From Opitutales bacterium (lineage in GTDB: Bacteria > Verrucomicrobiota > Verrucomicrobiia > Opitutales > PNEW01), in NCBI GenBank assembly GCA_965219535.1, contig CBDCNV010000001.1, positions 930,001 to 962,000 of the forward strand: 32,000 bases of DNA. The letters run 5' to 3'. Under the pieces are notes generated by a model. The model searched no databases. It saw nothing but the letters and a program-made list of their open reading frames with translations, and had not been told where the DNA came from. The position numbers and the translations under genes are program-made. This document shows, piece after piece, positions 27,607-32,000 of the stretch. The first letter of the stretch is position 1. Each line of letters opens with the position of its first letter.

Positions 27607-29130
27607 ATGTCGTCATCAGTCCTGATTGAACTTCAAAACGTTAACATAACGTTCGAAGGGAAGAAAGTCCTGCATTCGCTTAACTGGAAAATGCGAACGG
27701 GTGAGCATTGGCTCATTTTCGGTCCGAATGGATCGGGGAAGACAACTCTTCTCCGCCTTATTCGCGGTTACCAATGGCCTGATCCCGGATCGAAAGGTAA
27801 AAGGATTTACACTTTCGATGAAGAGACTTCAGAGAGCCCGATCGGTCTTGAAGATAAAATCGCCTGGGTGTCATCTGAACAACAGCAACGCTATCAAAGA
27901 AATGAATGGGATCTTACGGGGAGGGAAATAATCCTCACCGGGTTCTGGGACAGCGACTTACTCTATGAAAAGCCTACCGCCAATCAGATTAATCGTGCCC
28001 ACCAGCTGATAAAACAAATTCATATCCACACCTTGGCGGATAAGCACTATCGTCAAATGTCTGAGGGTGAATTCAGGAAAATACTAATTGCCCGCGCTCT
28101 TGTCTGCCAACCCAGGATTCTAATCTTAGATGAGTTTTGCAGCGGTCTCGATCTGCATGCCCGCCAGGAGTTATTATCATTTATCAATCGGATGACGCGC
28201 CTTAGCACGCAGATTATTATGTCCGCTCATCGAAAGAGTGAGGTCATCTCTTCGATAACTCATATTGCGACCTTAGAAAACGGGTGTTTCGCGCGACAGG
28301 GATCATCAATGGAAATGATTAAAACGGGATTTCATTTAAAGGCCACTCCAAGAGTTAAAAAGAAGGTAGCAGTTCGAGCTTACTCTGAAAAAGAAAAGTC
28401 GGGGCTGCGCGTTCTCATCCGCAACGCCGATGTGTATTATGAAGACATTAAGATTCTGAATAAGATCGATTGGGAAATAAAACCCGGGCAAAACTGGGCT
28501 GTTACCGGACCTAACGGTTCGGGAAAAAGCACGCTAATAAAACTTATCTATGGTGACCTAACTTGTGCATTGGGGGGAGAGGTCAGTCGTTTCGACGCGC
28601 GCGGTTTGCTTACTGTACTTGAAGCTCGGCCTATGATGGGGCTTGTTTCGCCATCATTACATATTTCATACCAAGAGGATATTACCGTGGAGCGCACGGT
28701 AGTAAGTGGTTTTTTTTCCAGTATCGGTTTACTTGAACAAGCCACGATTCGCCAAAAACAATGTGTTCAAAATATATTACAAAAATTGAATATGGAATCG
28801 TTGGCGAAGACTAACCTGCAGAATTTATCATTTGGCCAGATAAGAAAGGTGCTTATTGCTCGAGCCCTCGTTATTAATCCGCGCTTATTACTATTAGATG
28901 AACCACTGGATGGTCTCGATGATTCAACTCGGGGTGAGTTGATTAATTATTTCTCCACCCTGTCTGCAAACGGGACGAATTTAATCATCGTTTCACATCA
29001 CGATGAAGATATTCCTTCGATAATTACGCACCGTATTCGTCTTAAAAAAGGCTGTATCGTTGAACGCGAGGAGATCGGTGCTCCAGAAAGCCGGAAGACT
29101 AGAAAGCCGGACAACCGGAAGGGCGGATAA
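27607..29130 (+). CDS. ABC ATPase with two fused nucleotide-binding domains and no transmembrane domain (ModF-like)
   Basis: 507 aa. NBD1: GPNGSGKTTLL, MSEGEFRKILIARAL, ILILDE. NBD2: GPNGSGKSTLIKL, LSFGQIRKVLIARAL, LLLLDEP. The last 15 codons plus the stop lie inside the octamer repeat array. Confidence 0.85.
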   Translation: MSSSVLIELQNVNITFEGKKVLHSLNWKMRTGEHWLIFGPNGSGKTTLLRLIRGYQWPDPGSKGKRIYTFDEETSESPIGLEDKIAWVSSEQQQRYQRNEWDLTGREIILTGFWDSDLLYEKPTANQINRAHQLIKQIHIHTLADKHYRQMSEGEFRKILIARALVCQPRILILDEFCSGLDLHARQELLSFINRMTRLSTQIIMSAHRKSEVISSITHIATLENGCFARQGSSMEMIKTGFHLKATPRVKKKVAVRAYSEKEKSGLRVLIRNADVYYEDIKILNKIDWEIKPGQNWAVTGPNGSGKSTLIKLIYGDLTCALGGEVSRFDARGLLTVLEARPMMGLVSPSLHISYQEDITVERTVVSGFFSSIGLLEQATIRQKQCVQNILQKLNMESLAKTNLQNLSFGQIRKVLIARALVINPRLLLLDEPLDGLDDSTRGELINYFSTLSANGTNLIIVSHHDEDIPSIITHRIRLKKGCIVEREEIGAPESRKTRKPDNRKGG

Positions 29131-29337
29131 CCGGAAAGCCTGACATCCAGACAACCAGAAAATCAGTTCCGAGTTCCGCAGTTGCGGAACGACATCTTCA
29201 TAACCCGAAGCTGGATTAATCCGGGATGCATGATAGTCTTAACGGTTCCCAGATCTACGCTTGTCCGGCTTTCTCCTAGTCTGGCCTTCTGGCTTTCCGG
29301 TCTTCCGATTTTCTGGATGTCCGGACTTCCGGATTTC
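29083..29337. repeat. non-coding element made of two opposed arrays of degenerate 8-nt tandem repeats (CCGGAAAG-like) flanking a ~100-bp core with hairpins
   Basis: The left array has 10 in-register units from 29083: ccagaaag ccggaaga ctagaaag ccggacaa ccggaagg gcggataa ccggaaag cctgacat ccagacaa ccagaaaa. The right array (29262-29337) has about 9 units in the opposite orientation: tgtccggc tttctcct agtctggc cttctggc tttccggt cttccgat tttctgga tgtccgga cttccgga. The core contains the hairpin GTTCCGC-AGTT-GCGGAAC (29173-29190) and the palindrome GGATTAATCC (29213-29222). Confidence 0.85.
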
Positions 29338-29382
29338 AAATGCTTTGACAAGATTTGGGAACGAGTTTTACTGATAGATATT

Positions 29383-29865
29383 ATGTTTCCCCGGGGTAAT
29401 TTTAAATATATTTGGTGCTTTATATTCCTCCTGCTTTTTACAAGCCGGGCATTTGCTTATAATATTATCAATGCCTATCCTGAATTTATGGAGGAGAAGA
29501 AGTTTCAACGTATTAGTGAATTCATTTGGGGTACAGAAAAGCCAGGACCTTACCTCATATTGCGCACCCAGCCTGATGTCAGAGATGGAGAGTACTTTGT
29601 TATTACTCTTGATAAGAGAGTTCGCGCTCTTCCAGACGGGACTTTGATCAAACTCGAAGTTGTGCGTCCTGACTCGGATATGCCCCCAGTTTACACCTTG
29701 GAGATACCCACTGATAGACCCAACACGAAACAGATTTATGCTGGAATAACAGGTTCAGATTGGCCCGATGCTGACGTACGCCCCCTTGCCTGGAAAATCT
29801 CGTTTATTAATTCAGCGGGAAAAGTCATTGCGCAAAAACAAAGCTATTTGTGGACATACCCTTAG
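29383..29865 (+). CDS. small secreted hypothetical protein (160 aa)
   Basis: The track ORF (29182-29865) has an N-terminal 67 aa encoded by the repeat element. The in-frame ATG at 29383 gives a signal peptide, MFPRGNFKYIWCFIFLLLFTSRAFA. I recognise no family. Confidence 0.55.
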   Translation: MFPRGNFKYIWCFIFLLLFTSRAFAYNIINAYPEFMEEKKFQRISEFIWGTEKPGPYLILRTQPDVRDGEYFVITLDKRVRALPDGTLIKLEVVRPDSDMPPVYTLEIPTDRPNTKQIYAGITGSDWPDADVRPLAWKISFINSAGKVIAQKQSYLWTYP

Positions 29866-29944
29866 TCGTGTCAGTGGCATCATTCTTTTCGATAATAATA
29901 TTATTAAGTCGGTCCTTAATAATCTAACTTAGATCCTGCCACCC

Positions 29945-30826
29945 ATGCAATGGACTTCATGGTGTCGCCTCGATCCTGGGTTATCGCTCAATGCGGATAC
30001 GCTGGCTGAGATCTTAAACGGTGGCCAAGCCTTTCGTTGGAATCAAACGAAAGACGGAGATTGGCTTGGACAATGGTCACAATGCATTGCTCGCGTGAGG
30101 TTAGATAGTAGTGGTGTCTTGGAATGGTCCTGTCCCCGGAAATTAAAAAGGCGAGTTGCTTCAGAAATTTCACATTACTTTGCGCTCGATATTAATTACC
30201 CCGCTATCATTGACCAGCTACCGCATCGAAGTGATGAAGTTATCGCTAATGCACTTGTTCGCTGGGAGGGTTTACGTTTATTACGTCAGCCATTAGCTGA
30301 AACCCTTTTGGCTTTCCTCTGCAGTTCTACAAAACGGATCGCACAAATAAAAGTTATTTGTGAAACACTTGCGAATAAATTTGGTGCAGTGGTGATAGAT
30401 CAATATAGGACTCTCCCTACTTGGGCTGTGCTTAATGAATTATCTGAAAGTGCATTGCGCACCTGCAAAATGGGTTACCGAGCACGCTATATAAAAGAAA
30501 CGGCTAAGATCTTAGCGGAGCAACCGAATTACTTATCGGAGATTGAAACGCTGTCTTTTTCTGAAGCCAGGCGTGCACTCATTGCATTGCCGGGCGTCGG
30601 TGAAAAAATAGCTGATTGTGTGCTTCTATTCGGCGTCGGGCGCCTCGAAGCATTTCCTGTGGATGTATGGATGCTTCGAGCGATGGCTAGACTCTATGGA
30701 CTTGAAGGATGGAAGCCAAAACAAGTTACTCATTTCGGGAGCACTCACTTTGGGCCTTATGCTGGACTTGCTCAGCAGTATTTATTTGCCGGTGAACGGC
30801 GGAGCGCGGACGCGAAAAAGCGATAA
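29945..30826 (+). CDS. ogg: 8-oxoguanine DNA glycosylase / AP lyase, OGG1 type (HhH-GPD superfamily)
   Basis: 293 aa. N-terminal OGG_N-like GGQAFRW. The HhH-GPD motif LPGVGEKIADCVLLFG...FPVDVWM retains the catalytic Lys and Asp seen in human OGG1 (GVGTKVADC...VPVDVH). Confidence 0.85.
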   Translation: MQWTSWCRLDPGLSLNADTLAEILNGGQAFRWNQTKDGDWLGQWSQCIARVRLDSSGVLEWSCPRKLKRRVASEISHYFALDINYPAIIDQLPHRSDEVIANALVRWEGLRLLRQPLAETLLAFLCSSTKRIAQIKVICETLANKFGAVVIDQYRTLPTWAVLNELSESALRTCKMGYRARYIKETAKILAEQPNYLSEIETLSFSEARRALIALPGVGEKIADCVLLFGVGRLEAFPVDVWMLRAMARLYGLEGWKPKQVTHFGSTHFGPYAGLAQQYLFAGERRSADAKKR

Positions 30827-30915
30827 TGCGTGAATGTGAAAAAACGGATAGTACGGTGGGATGCAACTATGAGTAAAATTTTTTTCTTATCTTCTTAATC
30901 ATCTATTTTATTTCA

Positions 30916-30962
30916 CTTCCGACTTGGAAGATATCGTTGCGCGACTGCGGAACTCGGAACTG
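30916..30962. repeat. partial inverted copy of the core of the 29.1-kb repeat element
   Basis: The reverse complement of 30916-30962 matches 29164-29210 at 39 of 47 positions. This includes a perfect 19-mer: cagttccgagttccgcagt at 29164-29182, reverse complement at 30944-30962. Confidence 0.8.
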
Positions 30963-31070
30963 GTTATCTAACCTCCTCCATTGTAAATTCAGCATCTTGT
31001 ATCCCGTGTTTTATATCAGTGTTGTTTGATCGCCATTGCTTTAATCTCTAAATTAATGATTTAATTCATA

Positions 31071-32000
31071 ATGAAGAAGACGTTATATCCGATTTTAATG
31101 GTAGGAATAATTTTGGTCATAGGGCTGGGTATTCTCTATCTTCCCCGGGTAATAACGGAAACGAAAAAAGAGACCGTTGAATATAAAAAAACTGACTTAA
31201 GTATCGCAGGATTTCCTCTAACGGTCGTCGACACAATCGGGCGTGATATACTGATAAAAGAAAGACCGAATCAGATCATCTCATTAGCTCCAAGTTTGAC
31301 CCAGACAGTTTTTGCACTCGGTGCTGAAGATCGTCTTGTTGGGAGAACCCGATTCTGTCTCTGGCCACCGGAAGCTGTGGCGATAAAAAGTATTGGAGGC
31401 CCGGCAGTTCCCGAGATCGAGTCGATGCTGGCGTTAAAACCGGACCTGATTCTCGCTACGACATTGACTCCGATCGAGGTTGTGCGACAAATCGAAGCGC
31501 TTGGGGTGCCAATCGTTATTTTTAAACAAGAGGGAGTTGAAGGAACCTTTAGTGATATGCAAGTGATTGGCCGTCTTACTGGAACGGCCGCGCAAGCAGA
31601 CGCGGCAATCCAAAAATTAGAAAAACGCAGGCGTGATCTATCGGAAAAAGTTGACGCGATTGGTCTGCGACCGCGGACCTTATTGCTCTACGGAGTTGAC
31701 GGTTTGTACAGCGCTAAAGTCGGCACATTTCCCAGCGATATGATCGAGTTGGCGGGAGGAGATAATGTCGTCAAGACTACAGCGTCCGATTGGCCTCAGT
31801 TATCGATGGAAAGCATTATTGAGTGGAATCCCGAAATCATTTTAGTTACTTTGCGTATAAGTGGAGAAGAGAATAAACTTGTTGATAATGTTATAGCGGG
31901 TTGGAAAGAAGATACGCGATGGACGACAGTTTCAGCCGTTATAAATCAAAGAATATACATTTTGGATGATACACTTATGTCTGTTCCCGGACCGTTAATG
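31071..32000 (+). CDS. ABC-transporter periplasmic binding protein, BtuF / iron-siderophore-cobalamin (PBP cluster A) type; partial, continues past the right edge
   Basis: My own translation from the ATG at 31071 stays open for 310 codons to the window end, so it is absent from the ORF track. It has an N-terminal TM/signal segment followed by IISLAPSLTQTVFALGAEDRLVGRTRFCLWPPEA...ESMLALKPDLILAT, which is typical of BtuF-like proteins. Confidence 0.8.
   Translation, partial: MKKTLYPILMVGIILVIGLGILYLPRVITETKKETVEYKKTDLSIAGFPLTVVDTIGRDILIKERPNQIISLAPSLTQTVFALGAEDRLVGRTRFCLWPPEAVAIKSIGGPAVPEIESMLALKPDLILATTLTPIEVVRQIEALGVPIVIFKQEGVEGTFSDMQVIGRLTGTAAQADAAIQKLEKRRRDLSEKVDAIGLRPRTLLLYGVDGLYSAKVGTFPSDMIELAGGDNVVKTTASDWPQLSMESIIEWNPEIILVTLRISGEENKLVDNVIAGWKEDTRWTTVSAVINQRIYILDDTLMSVPGPLM

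Noticed and set aside
29182-29382. N-terminal 67 aa of the 227-aa track ORF (starting at TTG 29182)
   Set aside because: This part is encoded by the hairpin core and the right-hand octamer array, which produces the repetitive LSGLPIFWMSGLPDF. The real gene most likely starts at ATG 29383 with a signal peptide.

Overview
This window looks like ordinary chromosomal backbone from a Gram-negative bacterium, roughly 30 tightly packed CDS. The gene content resembles the PVC/Verrucomicrobia group, but that is only a guess from protein families. Left to right: a minus-strand operon lhgO / Ldh_2-family dehydrogenase / TRAP transporter (DctP, DctQ, DctM, the last running off the left edge and absent from the ORF track); a secreted beta-barrel-like protein; a B-type succinate:quinone oxidoreductase operon (sdhCAB); a 521-aa orphan protein; a PIN toxin plus small antitoxin pair; a DUF1698-like SAM methyltransferase; two tandem exbD genes with no exbB or tonB; argH; DUF4412-like and DUF5069-like proteins; a YyaL-type thioredoxin-domain protein; mutL; glgP; a DUF3108 protein; a serine hydrolase, an aldo-keto reductase and a TPMT-like methyltransferase; a ModF-like double-NBD ABC ATPase; a small secreted protein; an OGG1-type glycosylase; and a BtuF-like binding protein that runs off the right edge and is also absent from the ORF track. 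I found no rRNA, tRNA, CRISPR array, integrase, transposase or recognisable defence island, and no convincing novel multi-gene protein system. The features that annotation does not explain are these. (1) Two non-coding loci (15320-15630 and 29083-29337) are built from short-period tandem repeats (6-nt and 8-nt units) arranged in opposed orientation around hairpins. The second overlaps the last 15 codons of the ABC ATPase and contains two interleaved inverted-repeat pairs. A partial inverted copy of it lies 1.7 kb downstream, so the two copies bracket a two-gene block. (2) MutL has the endonuclease-type C-terminal scaffold, but every metal-ligand position I can align from memory is substituted. 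(3) The TRAP / Ldh_2 / LhgO hydroxy-acid module has no csiD or regulator. (4) The exbD pair is orphaned. All family calls rest on motifs and remembered homologues. No database search was run.
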